A stretch of 25,188 nt of DNA, taken from positions 1 through 25,188 of the IMG/VR virus record IMGVR_UViG_2547132281_000006. One strand, given 5' to 3'. This stretch comes from a virus. Lineage: Duplodnaviria; Heunggongvirae; Uroviricota; Caudoviricetes. The notes under the pieces are model-generated. The model was not told the origin of the DNA, searched no databases, and was given only the letters and a program-made list of their open reading frames with translations. Positions 10,046-17,831 of the stretch are shown here, piece by piece. Numbering within the stretch: position 1 is the first letter of the stretch; every line of letters starts with the position of its first letter. The position numbers were made by a program, and so were the translations under genes.

Positions 10046-10135
10046 TACTTTTATTCACTTACATTTTGCCAGTTCGCAGGATTTCGTGTTATCCATCCGC
10101 CTTGGCCAACGTCATTTATTAGCAAAATATTCTGC

Positions 10136-10669
10136 TTATCTGTCGATTCCCCAGCACGCCAGCGCGCTCTCCTGGTCACGACGGGATACCTGACCGTAAC
10201 AGTTATTTGAGCGAATACGGCAGTCCCTGCCACCGTCCTTAATCCACCAGCGAATCGCCTCACACGCTCCCCTGCGATCACCTGCATTAATTCGTTTATA
10301 AAACGTCGACGGAAAACACTTACCGGGGCCAATGTTGTACGGACAGAATGACGCGATCCCCGCTTTCTGGGGTTCACTCAATGGCACTCTGATGTTTTTC
10401 TCCACCCATGCCAGCGCCTTATCACGCTCAATGGCGTTAACCCGGTCGCATTTTTCCTTCGACAACTTCATGCCCGGAACGACAGGTTTGCCATCCACCA
10501 GGATGGCACCGCGGCAGATGGTCCAGATACCCGCGCCATCACGGTATGCCGTGGTGTGGTTACCTTCCTTTTCATCCAGAAACTGGTCGAGAATGTCAGG
10601 CGCAGGCGCACCAGCGGCAATCAGCGCCAGAACGGCAGCCGACAGGCCGTATCTGATTTTTGTGTTCAT
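10136..10669 (-). CDS. Phage lysozyme R (GH24 endolysin, probably SAR-type)
   Basis: 177 aa; Gly/Ala-rich hydrophobic N-terminus (YGLSAAVLALIAAGAPA), then EKEGNHTTAYRDGAGIWTICRG consistent with a GH24 catalytic region. Confidence 0.85.
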   Translation of the reverse strand: MNTKIRYGLSAAVLALIAAGAPAPDILDQFLDEKEGNHTTAYRDGAGIWTICRGAILVDGKPVVPGMKLSKEKCDRVNAIERDKALAWVEKNIRVPLSEPQKAGIASFCPYNIGPGKCFPSTFYKRINAGDRRGACEAIRWWIKDGGRDCRIRSNNCYGQVSRRDQESALACWGIDR

Positions 10670-10774
10670 GGATATTTATCAGGATTTATCGGTTTCTGAG
10701 CCCTGGATATGTTTATCAGTTCCAGCCTGTTGCCTCAGGCTGCTAACAGGTCAATACAATCATGAGGATTATTT

Positions 10775-11047
10775 ATGGACAATAACACCATTTCTCTACA
10801 GGAGTTGCTCGACAGCATTTCCAGGCTTCGGGAAGACGTGAATACCCTTACCGTCGCCTTCTCATATCTGGCATTCTCAATTCCAAGGGAACAGATGCAA
10901 TCAACGCTGGCATCAATCCAGTTTGAATCATGCAATCCCAAATGGTCTCAGGAACAACAAGACTCTTTCAGGCGGCTTGCTGTATTACTGGATGAAAAAT
11001 ATGCTGGTGAAATTACCATTTCGGCGGACTCTTCAGAGAACCCGTAA
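10775..11047 (+). CDS. Hypothetical 90-aa protein, antisense insert inside the lysis cassette
   Basis: GAGGA SD 9 nt upstream; helical-looking protein; no minus-strand coding alternative in this 343-bp gap; rare AGG codons. Confidence 0.45.
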   Translation: MDNNTISLQELLDSISRLREDVNTLTVAFSYLAFSIPREQMQSTLASIQFESCNPKWSQEQQDSFRRLAVLLDEKYAGEITISADSSENP

Positions 11048-11357
11048 TTATTCCCGGTAGTTTTCCTCTGTAGGTTATCAACACATCCTGCGCCTCTAAA
11101 ATTACGGGGCGCTTTTCCGGCGACTGCTCATCCCCTTCACATAACCCGGCAGCAACATCCAGGAAGACCTGTCTGATGCTCCTTCTGGCTGCTGCCTCAT
11201 AAAACTCCAGCGCGGCACCTTCAACACGGTCCAGCGAGATGTCCAGGTCAAAAATTTCACCGTCAAAGCGTTTTTTGTCCCGTAACGCTAAAGTTACCGT
11301 AACTTTATTCTCAAAATTGCGGATCCCTTTCACAATCAGTTTATAGTTTTGAGTCAT
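11013..11357 (-). CDS. YdfR-like protein located between holin and endolysin
   Basis: 114 aa; start 4 nt after the holin stop; same position as ydfR in Qin as recalled; C-terminal ~11 aa overlap the plus-strand ORF. Confidence 0.55.
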   Translation of the reverse strand: MTQNYKLIVKGIRNFENKVTVTLALRDKKRFDGEIFDLDISLDRVEGAALEFYEAAARRSIRQVFLDVAAGLCEGDEQSPEKRPVILEAQDVLITYRGKLPGIITGSLKSPPKW

Positions 11358-11361
11358 TGAA

Positions 11362-11577
11362 TTACTCTCCCCGTGCAGCCTTACGACGGTCCTCTCTGAT
11401 TTTGAAATACAGGTTAGTCAGATATGTCAGCAGCCCAAACAGCAGACTCCCCAGCACGCCTATTGCCGCCCACTGAGACGGGGAAACCCTGTCCAGCAAC
11501 TGCAGGAACCAGTAGCCCGTTCCCACCGCTGACGTGGTGTATGACACACCTGTTGTGATTTTTTCCATCTGGTACAT
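11362..11577 (-). CDS. Holin, phage 21 S-like (pinholin class), dual-start motif MYQM
   Basis: From M27 of the longest ORF: [51 protein letters not shown] is near-identical to recalled S21; two in-frame starts 3 codons apart (11577 and 11568). Confidence 0.85.
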   Translation of the reverse strand: MYQMEKITTGVSYTTSAVGTGYWFLQLLDRVSPSQWAAIGVLGSLLFGLLTYLTNLYFKIREDRRKAARGE

Positions 11578-11727
11578 ACCCCGTCTCCCGTTATCCGGAA
11601 GCTGACAACAATAAAAAAAGCCACCAGTTAAGTACTGATGGCTCTGATAACTCATGCAGGCATCTCAGACGACCCACTGACACTACCGGTGAGTTTAACG
11701 ATACCTTCCATTTGGCTGGCTCACTTT

Positions 11728-13584
11728 TTATGATGATGCCGGTGCATTTATCTCCAGCACCAGACTTTCTATCTCAACGCCATACGCTGCATTTTTGGTA
11801 ATATCCGTCAGCGTCAGCGCATTCAGCCCCAGTGTCAGACTGTCTTTTATGACCTGGAATGCCGGGCCAGCCACTCCATTCAGTTTCGGAGTAACCGTGG
11901 CACTGCCGGCGGTGAACACCAGCTCCAGCGTCTGCCAGTCGTTACTGTAATTCCCGAACTCGCCCAACTTTGTGTTTCCTGCTTTCTTGTGATGCATCAG
12001 ATTCAGTTTGCCGTCTGTGGTCTGGGTGAAGAACGACATCAGGAACGGGTTACCAGTCCCGGTCATCGCCACGACGTCAGGTAACGCTACATCGGTATAC
12101 AGATAAATTCCCAGACCGAACTGGTTGTTGGTCAGTGCGCCTGACAGTCGAAACTTACAGCTCAGTCTGCCACCCCGTGTCAGCAGGGAGACTGCGTCAT
12201 CCACCGGATGCATCAGGGACCAGGTTTTATTGCTCTGCTTGGTAACCTTAAACACACCATCTTCCAGCGCAACACTGCCGCCGGTGATGGTCCAGCCCTG
12301 CGCAGCAGCCTCTCCGGCTGTCGGCAGCAGGGAGACTGTACGAACGGATGTGTCACCATCAGACGGCCCCGATGGAGTGTCGCCGCCGGGCGAGGGTTTG
12401 ATTTCCGGTGCCTTACCACTAATGAAGGCTAAGGTGCGACCGGCTACGTTCAGAATAGCAGTTGCCATACGATCGGGAATAATGCCACGACGCGCCCATG
12501 AGCTGAAATGCGTCGGGCGATTTGATGATACCCAATTACCATTACTACGGGATTGCGCGCCGTAATAACCTGCATCAGCAATATCCGGGTCTTCTGCCGG
12601 TAAGTTGGTGGGCGTGTTGTTGCCGTTACCGTCGGTCATGAACGGCACAAAGAAAACGTTGTCGCTCTCCCTGTTTTTGTACGCGCCGTAGACGGAGTCA
12701 TACTGTGTGCCGTATGTGTTTTTCCAGTAATACGTCGTGTCGCCACAAATCCACGGTACAACTGCAGCACTGCCGCCATGGCACTGCGCGTTAAATCCGG
12801 AAAGGTCAGTACGGAACTGCTTCAGCATGGCCGTGAACAGGTCCGGTTGCTGTGCGTAGGTGGCAGCGCTCATGTCAAATTCGCCCTGCATCCAGCACAC
12901 CGCCAGCAACACATTTTTCGGGTTCCTCTGTAATGCCGCTTTGGTGCGTGCGATCAGGTCCTGATATAACGGTTTACCCACACCCCAGCGTGCCGAATCC
13001 TGGCTGGCCCCCGTGTCCGCACTGAATGTCCCCTCCGCGCCCTGGGTGAATGCCGAACCACCACGACAGCATGGTACCAGCAGGATCCCCGCGTTATTCG
13101 GGATATACGGAAGCAGTTTTTTGGCAATATGTAAGCCCTGGCCGACACAGCCGTACTGCCCTTTGCTCAGGTCTGCCTTCGGATGATTCAGTGCGCTCAT
13201 ATCCTGAACATCATGCAGGCAGTGGTCTGCCGGAATGATGTCGTTAAATGCGCATGCTTTACCACCGGGAGTCACTGTGTTGCGACGGGCCAGTTGCTTA
13301 ATGCGTGGGTGGGGCGCATCGTAAGAATCCGGAAGCGGAAGCCCTTCACCGTAAGCCATGGCATTGGATTGCCCGGCCAGTACGATGACGTAGTACCACT
13401 CCGGCTCAGTTGCACCACTGACGACCACATCACCTTCTGCTGCAATCGCCTGCATCAGGGTATAAGGGGTTATGGCCACCGGACTACCAAACGGCTGCCA
13501 GCCCTCTTTCAGTTTATGTGTCAGCTTTTCCGCAAGATCTGACGGCGACGCCGCCCTGACAACATCATAGTGTTTAAATGCCAT
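11728..13584 (-). CDS. Prophage sialate O-acetylesterase (NanS-p type: N-terminal DUF1737-like domain plus SASA/SGNH esterase)
   Basis: Start at ATG 13584 (MAFKHYDVV, GGTGGA SD); LAGQSNAMAYGEG esterase motif; ~620 aa; sits between the stx-equivalent locus and the holin as in Stx phages. Confidence 0.8.
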   Translation of the reverse strand: MAFKHYDVVRAASPSDLAEKLTHKLKEGWQPFGSPVAITPYTLMQAIAAEGDVVVSGATEPEWYYVIVLAGQSNAMAYGEGLPLPDSYDAPHPRIKQLARRNTVTPGGKACAFNDIIPADHCLHDVQDMSALNHPKADLSKGQYGCVGQGLHIAKKLLPYIPNNAGILLVPCCRGGSAFTQGAEGTFSADTGASQDSARWGVGKPLYQDLIARTKAALQRNPKNVLLAVCWMQGEFDMSAATYAQQPDLFTAMLKQFRTDLSGFNAQCHGGSAAVVPWICGDTTYYWKNTYGTQYDSVYGAYKNRESDNVFFVPFMTDGNGNNTPTNLPAEDPDIADAGYYGAQSRSNGNWVSSNRPTHFSSWARRGIIPDRMATAILNVAGRTLAFISGKAPEIKPSPGGDTPSGPSDGDTSVRTVSLLPTAGEAAAQGWTITGGSVALEDGVFKVTKQSNKTWSLMHPVDDAVSLLTRGGRLSCKFRLSGALTNNQFGLGIYLYTDVALPDVVAMTGTGNPFLMSFFTQTTDGKLNLMHHKKAGNTKLGEFGNYSNDWQTLELVFTAGSATVTPKLNGVAGPAFQVIKDSLTLGLNALTLTDITKNAAYGVEIESLVLEINAPASS

Positions 13585-13844
13585 GGTTCTTTCCACCATC
13601 TGAAAAATGATTCTTTAAAATACCTGACATGTAATACAGAAAAAACACAAAACCATACCTTAAATAAAAACCTCATCATCAAGCAGATATGCATGGATAA
13701 ACTACAAGACGAGATATAAACCACCCTGCATTTAAATAAACAATAAACAACATCAGAAAAATAATTCTGCTCTATGGTTTACAATCAAAAATATCATTTA
13801 TACTTTTCAGAACATCACCAGCAAGGCATAAACAAGGAAACTAA

Positions 13845-14180
13845 ATGAAGTGGATTGTGATTGATACAGTTATCCAGCCATCATGCGGAATATCTTTTTC
13901 AGTCATATGGAGTAAAATAAAATTAATAATCTGGTATCAATCGGATGCTTTCTTACCTCCTGAAAGTATATTTACACTGACTCACACAGGCATCATGCTC
14001 AATAACAAAGTGCTACCTGTAACCATTTACAACGTAGTACCATTCAATAAAACATTCTGGAATTTAATCAAAAACAGCCAGGAATGCCCTACAAATACAG
14101 ATAACGTATTGAATGAATGCTTTAATAACCGTTGCACTCTGCAAATATGTCCTTATGGGCTAAAACAACAAAGTCCATAA
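13845..14180 (+). CDS. Hypothetical 111-aa protein in AT-rich stx-equivalent locus (uncertain)
   Basis: AAGGA SD 8 nt upstream; AT-rich; four Cys in the C-terminal 25 aa; antisense to the late transcript. Confidence 0.3.
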   Translation: MKWIVIDTVIQPSCGISFSVIWSKIKLIIWYQSDAFLPPESIFTLTHTGIMLNNKVLPVTIYNVVPFNKTFWNLIKNSQECPTNTDNVLNECFNNRCTLQICPYGLKQQSP

Positions 14181-14214
14181 GGAGTTTACTCACATCTGAC
14201 AAAATCAATATAAA

Positions 14215-14236
14215 CAGCCCCTCCGGAGAGGGGCTG
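14215..14236 (-). terminator. GC-rich hairpin downstream of the tRNA cluster
   Basis: 9-bp stem CAGCCCCTC / GAGGGGCTG with 4-nt loop; on the minus strand followed by TTTATATTGATTTTG. Confidence 0.4.
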
Positions 14237-14471
14237 GAGAGTGGCGCTATGTGCCATTGCATGGTGCCGGGTGCCTCCCGGTGAATTCAGTACCAGCACC
14301 TGAATCCGCGATTATCCCATATACCTACTCGCTGATTGCCCCTCCGCACAGGGGGATTCACCATGCCAGTTTCTTTTAACAAACTCCCCGCAAACCAGAC
14401 AACAGTCAACCGCCTAAATTGTGAGACATTTAAAAAAAAGGCCCACAAAAGCGAGCCAGGGAAAATAAGTG

Positions 14472-14548
14472 TGGCGCGTTGTACTGGATTCGAACCAGTG
14501 ACCGATTGCTTAGAAGGCAATTGCTCTGTCCGGCTGAGCTAACAACGC
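14472..14548 (-). tRNA. tRNA-Arg (anticodon TCT)
   Basis: Reverse complement folds as a cloverleaf: acceptor GCGTTGT/ACAACGC, D-arm GCTC..GAGC, anticodon loop CTTCTAA, T-arm ACTGG-TTCGAAT-CCAGT, encoded CCA. Confidence 0.85.
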
Positions 14549-14561
14549 ATGATGCAGATAA

Positions 14562-14638
14562 TGGACCGCCATCGGGGACTTGAACCCCGCGCAACCAGCT
14601 TCGAAGGCTGGCGCTCTTTCCTGATGAGCTAATGGCGG
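14562..14638 (-). tRNA. tRNA-Arg (anticodon TCG)
   Basis: Acceptor CCGCCAT/ATGGCGG, D-arm GCTC..GAGC, anticodon stem CCAGC/GCTGG with loop CTTCGAA, T-arm CGGGG-TTCAAGT-CCCCG, encoded CCA. Confidence 0.8.
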
Positions 14639-14645
14639 TATGTGA

Positions 14646-14721
14646 TGGTGGCCCTTGCTGGATTTGAACCAGCGACCTGGCGATTATGAGTCGCTCGCTC
14701 TCACCACTGAGCTAAAGGGCC
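14646..14721 (-). tRNA. tRNA with CAT anticodon (Ile2/lysidine type, ileX/ileZ-like, or Met)
   Basis: Sequence GGCCCTTTAGCTCAGTGGTGAGAGCGAGCGACTCATAATCGCCAGGTCGCTGGTTCAAATCCAGCAAGGGCCACCA closely resembles recalled E. coli ileX. Confidence 0.8.
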
Positions 14722-14770
14722 GGGAGCAGAATAATAATGGTGCGTAATTAATTCTGCAATCTCATCCGTT

Positions 14771-15820
14771 TCAAACGATTAAATCCTGAACTTCCCTGAC
14801 TGTCTGCTCAAAACGTCCGGTCTCCAGTTCAACGCCAATCGCACGACGCCCGAGCGCCAGTGCAGCTTTTACCGTTGAACCTGAGCCCATAAAAAAATCT
14901 GCAACCAGGTCTCCCGGACGACTGCTTGCGCTGATTATCTGCTGCAGCATTTCTGCCGGTTTTTCGCACGGATGTTTCCCGGGATAGAACTGCACCGGTT
15001 TATGTGTCCACACATCCGTGTACGGCACCTGCGCCGTCACACCAAAATACCGCCGCAGATGCTTATATTCACTCTGCAGCTCCACATACTGCCGGTTCAG
15101 TGACGTATACGTATCCACCAGCTGGTGGTGGGGCTTTTCCAGTTCACCGCGCTGATGTTTCTCTTCTGCCACCCGGGCAAACAGCGACTGTAATTTCAGA
15201 TAATCGCTTTCGTTCGGTAGCTGCCACTGACTGGCACTGAACCAGTGCGACACCATGTTTTTCTTTCCTGTGGCATCTGCAATCTGTTTTGCCGTTATCC
15301 CCAGGGCCGCGCGCGCATCACGAAAGTAAGAAATCAGCGGGGCCATCACATGCTGTTTCAGTGCACTGCCCTTCGCCGCATACCCGGCATCTTTCGGACG
15401 ATACGGCCCCTGATAATGTTCCGCGAACAGAATGCGCTCTGTGGCGGGGAAATACGCCCGCAGGCTTTCCTTGTTGCATCCGTTCCAGCGTCCGGACGGC
15501 TTCGCCCAGATAATATGGTTCAGCACACTGAAGCGTTCACGCATCATGATTTCGATATCAGATGCCAGGCGATGACCACAGAACAGGTAAAGACTTCCGG
15601 CAGGTTTCAGCACCCGCCAGAACTGCGCCAGACACTGGTCCAGCCACTTCAGGTAATCATCGTCGCCCTTCCACTGGTTATCCCAGCCCTCAGGCTTCAC
15701 TTTAAAGTACGGCGGGTCCGTAACTATCAGGTCAACAGAATTTTCGGGTAACGACCGGATAAATTCCAGGCAGTCGGCGTTGATTAACTCACAACTGGAT
15801 ATTTTTACAGTATTAAGCAT
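14771..15820 (-). CDS. Orphan DNA methyltransferase, beta-class (N6-adenine or N4-cytosine)
   Basis: 349 aa; DPPY motif near the N-terminus (LIVTDPPYF) and FxGxG SAM motif near the C-terminus (DFFMGSGST); no adjacent restriction endonuclease candidate. Confidence 0.8.
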   Translation of the reverse strand: MLNTVKISSCELINADCLEFIRSLPENSVDLIVTDPPYFKVKPEGWDNQWKGDDDYLKWLDQCLAQFWRVLKPAGSLYLFCGHRLASDIEIMMRERFSVLNHIIWAKPSGRWNGCNKESLRAYFPATERILFAEHYQGPYRPKDAGYAAKGSALKQHVMAPLISYFRDARAALGITAKQIADATGKKNMVSHWFSASQWQLPNESDYLKLQSLFARVAEEKHQRGELEKPHHQLVDTYTSLNRQYVELQSEYKHLRRYFGVTAQVPYTDVWTHKPVQFYPGKHPCEKPAEMLQQIISASSRPGDLVADFFMGSGSTVKAALALGRRAIGVELETGRFEQTVREVQDLIV

Positions 15821-15950
15821 GGATCATTAAGCCTGTCTCTGATAGGCTCATTCTGCTTTTGCGCAAAGCAGTGGGCCTGAGGTTTGCTTGTGAACCCAAC
15901 GCATGAGCAGATGGCTGGTGGGTGCCCCTAACACCCACCAGCCGCCCATT

Positions 15951-15984
15951 TACCACAAATAAAAAAGCCTTCACTGCGGAAGGC
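15951..15984 (-). terminator. Intrinsic terminator at the end of the small ORF
   Basis: Stem GCCTTC / GAAGGC (loop CGCAGT) followed by TTTTTTATTT on the minus strand. Confidence 0.5.
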
Positions 15985-16168
15985 GTCTGTAACAACCGAA
16001 CTGATAGTCTGCCAGACCCGCCATAACCAGCTGGGTCAGTATTAACTGGCAGCGTTCGCGTGAAAGGTAAGTATTCTGCGCTATCTCCCCGACTGTCGCC
16101 GGTTCGGTAACGCTTAATTCATTAAACACCACTCTGGCGGTTTCTGTCATATCCTGCTGTTTTAGCAT
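15971..16168 (-). CDS. Hypothetical 65-aa protein, first ORF of the late transcript
   Basis: ATG at 16168 with AAGGGA SD; the longer 94-aa version starts with GTG and is less likely. Confidence 0.4.
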   Translation of the reverse strand: MLKQQDMTETARVVFNELSVTEPATVGEIAQNTYLSRERCQLILTQLVMAGLADYQFGCYRRLPQ

Positions 16169-16288
16169 GTCTTTTTCCCTTTTCCGGTTAACGTGACACA
16201 CCAATAACTCTTGTCGAAAAAGCCAGCAAGCTGAAAGACAGGTATTCACCGCCACCAGCGCGTTTACTGTACTGACGCGATTTCAGTC

Positions 16289-16313
16289 ATAAAAAACCCG
16301 CCAGGCGGCGGGG
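16289..16313 (-). terminator. tR'-like intrinsic terminator downstream of the late promoter
   Basis: Minus strand: CCCGCC-GCCT-GGCGGG followed by TTTTTTATG, about 50 nt downstream of the predicted pR' -10. Confidence 0.55.
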
Positions 16314-16361
16314 TGTAAAAAATCTTCTAACGTCAGGCATAAAACGCCCATCGTTAGAGCA

Positions 16362-16389
16362 AATTTACCACAGATTCGGGAAAAATCAA
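16362..16389 (-). promoter_or_regulatory. pR'-like late promoter (-35 TTGATT, 16-bp spacer, -10 TAAATT)
   Basis: Minus-strand sequence GGTAAATTTGCTCTAACGATGGGCG resembles the recalled lambda pR' start region; located immediately after the Q stop. Confidence 0.55.
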
Positions 16390-16394
16390 CAACA

Positions 16395-17216
16395 CTATCG
16401 CGTTACCCTCTTTAACTGCCGCTCCGCCCATGCCTCTTCAATGTCAAACCGAACCACCAACGTATCGTAAAAGCGTTTCACTGATTTTTTCCACGTATCA
16501 AGCGTGATAGCACTCGTCACTTTGCATATGGCATTAAATGCCTCCGTTGATGGCAGCCTTTCACAGCCACGACCACCACAACGCTGGCAGTCTCTGATAA
16601 CAGGCATACCACGTTTTACCGACTCTTCACGATGAATGGCGACACCACGCCCACGGCAATCCTTACAGGCGGTGGAAACCTCACCCTTTCCGCCACACTC
16701 CGGACAGGCAACTTTTACCACCTCCCTGACTTTTTTCCATTCTTCCCAGTAAGACGAATACACACCTTTCGTACACTTTGCCCATACCGGCGGCTTACCA
16801 TCCGGATACTGGACCTTGTTTGTAAAAACCTCGCTTTCAATAAATTTTTTTCCGTGACAGCAGGGGCACTGTTTTTTGCTCGCCGCGCTACGGGCATAAT
16901 CTTCAAACGCATACGAAGCCATAATACGCATCACTGCCGGTTTTATTTCTGCCGGGAGTTTTCTTAACGCCGCCACGCGATCACACCGACTGAGTGCATA
17001 TTCTGTCAGCAATTCTGTTGCCCGCTCTCTGTCATTCATACTAATGCCCATTTTACCAAGGAACGCAGAAAACCCCATCTCAGCCCGATTCTGTGTCATG
17101 CCCTGCGCGGCCATCACATCAGTGATACTCAGCGCATCTTTCGACGTTGAGGCCGATGCATCAGTCAGGCCGGGGGATTTTGGGGAGTAGTATTTCGGTA
17201 AATCTTCCAGTTTCAT
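16395..17216 (-). CDS. Q: Late-gene antiterminator Q (lambda-type, enlarged zinc-binding region)
   Basis: 273 aa; N-terminus (YYSPKSP...TDVMAAQGM), middle (ASYAFEDYARSAA) and C-terminus (RFYDTLVV...KRVTR) parallel recalled lambda Q; four CxxC motifs; start overlaps the rusA stop (ATGA). Confidence 0.8.
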   Translation of the reverse strand: MKLEDLPKYYSPKSPGLTDASASTSKDALSITDVMAAQGMTQNRAEMGFSAFLGKMGISMNDRERATELLTEYALSRCDRVAALRKLPAEIKPAVMRIMASYAFEDYARSAASKKQCPCCHGKKFIESEVFTNKVQYPDGKPPVWAKCTKGVYSSYWEEWKKVREVVKVACPECGGKGEVSTACKDCRGRGVAIHREESVKRGMPVIRDCQRCGGRGCERLPSTEAFNAICKVTSAITLDTWKKSVKRFYDTLVVRFDIEEAWAERQLKRVTR

Positions 17217-17587
17217 TTTTTGACCTGCCCTTCAAGCATTATGGGGTAAATCTTCACCCCCAGACGTCCACCAGATACTGGCTGACCACGAACGATATTG
17301 ATTTCATCAAACTGCTCATCGTCCATTAACACTCCCGCATGCGTCAGCGCATCCAGCGGTGCTTTCAGGATATTGTCCAGGTCGCGACGACGCTTATCCG
17401 GTGGCTCTGCAATCACCTTTATCGCCAGCCTTCCGGACAGGCTTAATTTCAGCCGCTGCTGGCGAACAATAAGCGCCACTGCCCGGCGATAACGCTCCCC
17501 GGCTTTTGATACAAAATATGTGCTGCCACGGCGTCGCCAGTAAGTGTTCACCGTCGGCGGGTAAGGTAAAACCAAATCTATGAGCAT
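17213..17587 (-). CDS. rusA: Holliday junction resolvase RusA
   Basis: 124 aa; LPYPPTVNTYW N-terminus and DKRRRDLDNILKAPLDALTHAGVLMDDEQF catalytic block typical of RusA. Confidence 0.85.
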   Translation of the reverse strand: MLIDLVLPYPPTVNTYWRRRGSTYFVSKAGERYRRAVALIVRQQRLKLSLSGRLAIKVIAEPPDKRRRDLDNILKAPLDALTHAGVLMDDEQFDEINIVRGQPVSGGRLGVKIYPIMLEGQVKK

Positions 17588-17831
17588 CAGTCACCTCTTT
17601 TAACAGAGCCTGCATTTTTTCAACAGCATCAGGGGTGTCTTTATCCAGCCAACGGAAAATTTTCTGGGTATTACGGGCCAGGGCTTCCGGATGGCTGTCG
17701 TCATACAGTTCCGGGAACGTCATTCCCAGCTCGAAATACGCTTTGGTAATTTTCGCAGCCGGTACTTTTTCGCCGTCCGGATGCGCCCAGGCATTCATTG
17801 CCATGCGGATGTGTTCATGCTTGATTTTCAT
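17394..17831 (-). CDS. Hypothetical protein downstream of the Cro-like gene (position analogous to ydaT of Rac); 3' end overlaps rusA
   Basis: 145-aa ORF; first ~100 aa look protein-like; last ~45 aa overlap rusA in another frame (possible lost stop or frameshift). Confidence 0.4.
   Translation of the reverse strand: MKIKHEHIRMAMNAWAHPDGEKVPAAKITKAYFELGMTFPELYDDSHPEALARNTQKIFRWLDKDTPDAVEKMQALLKEVTDAHRFGFTLPADGEHLLATPWQHIFCIKSRGALSPGSGAYCSPAAAEIKPVRKAGDKGDCRATG

Noticed and set aside
9846-10058. 70-aa minus-strand ORF from the ORF track
   Set aside because: Starts with GTG inside the 10013-10045 hairpin and has no SD; only the internal 31-aa ATG-initiated portion is kept as a hypothesis in the findings.
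12125-12565. Plus-strand ORFs inside the NanS-p gene
   Set aside because: Antisense to an esterase gene with a clear motif; low-complexity translation.
13585-14471. Shiga toxin genes stxA/stxB expected between the tRNAs and nanS-p
   Set aside because: The gap is only ~870 bp and contains no ORF resembling StxA or StxB; this region is stx-negative.
14237-14471. Possible fourth tRNA or tRNA remnant downstream of tRNA-Arg(TCT)
   Set aside because: Could not fold a cloverleaf: no T-loop consensus, no acceptor/CCA pairing.
14287-14542. ORFs of 77 aa (minus) and 68 aa (plus) overlapping the tRNA-Arg(TCT) gene and its trailer
   Set aside because: They overlap a well-folded tRNA and GC hairpins; almost certainly non-coding.
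15245-15751. 168-aa plus-strand ORF inside the DNA methyltransferase gene
   Set aside because: Antisense to a gene with canonical DPPY/FxGxG motifs.
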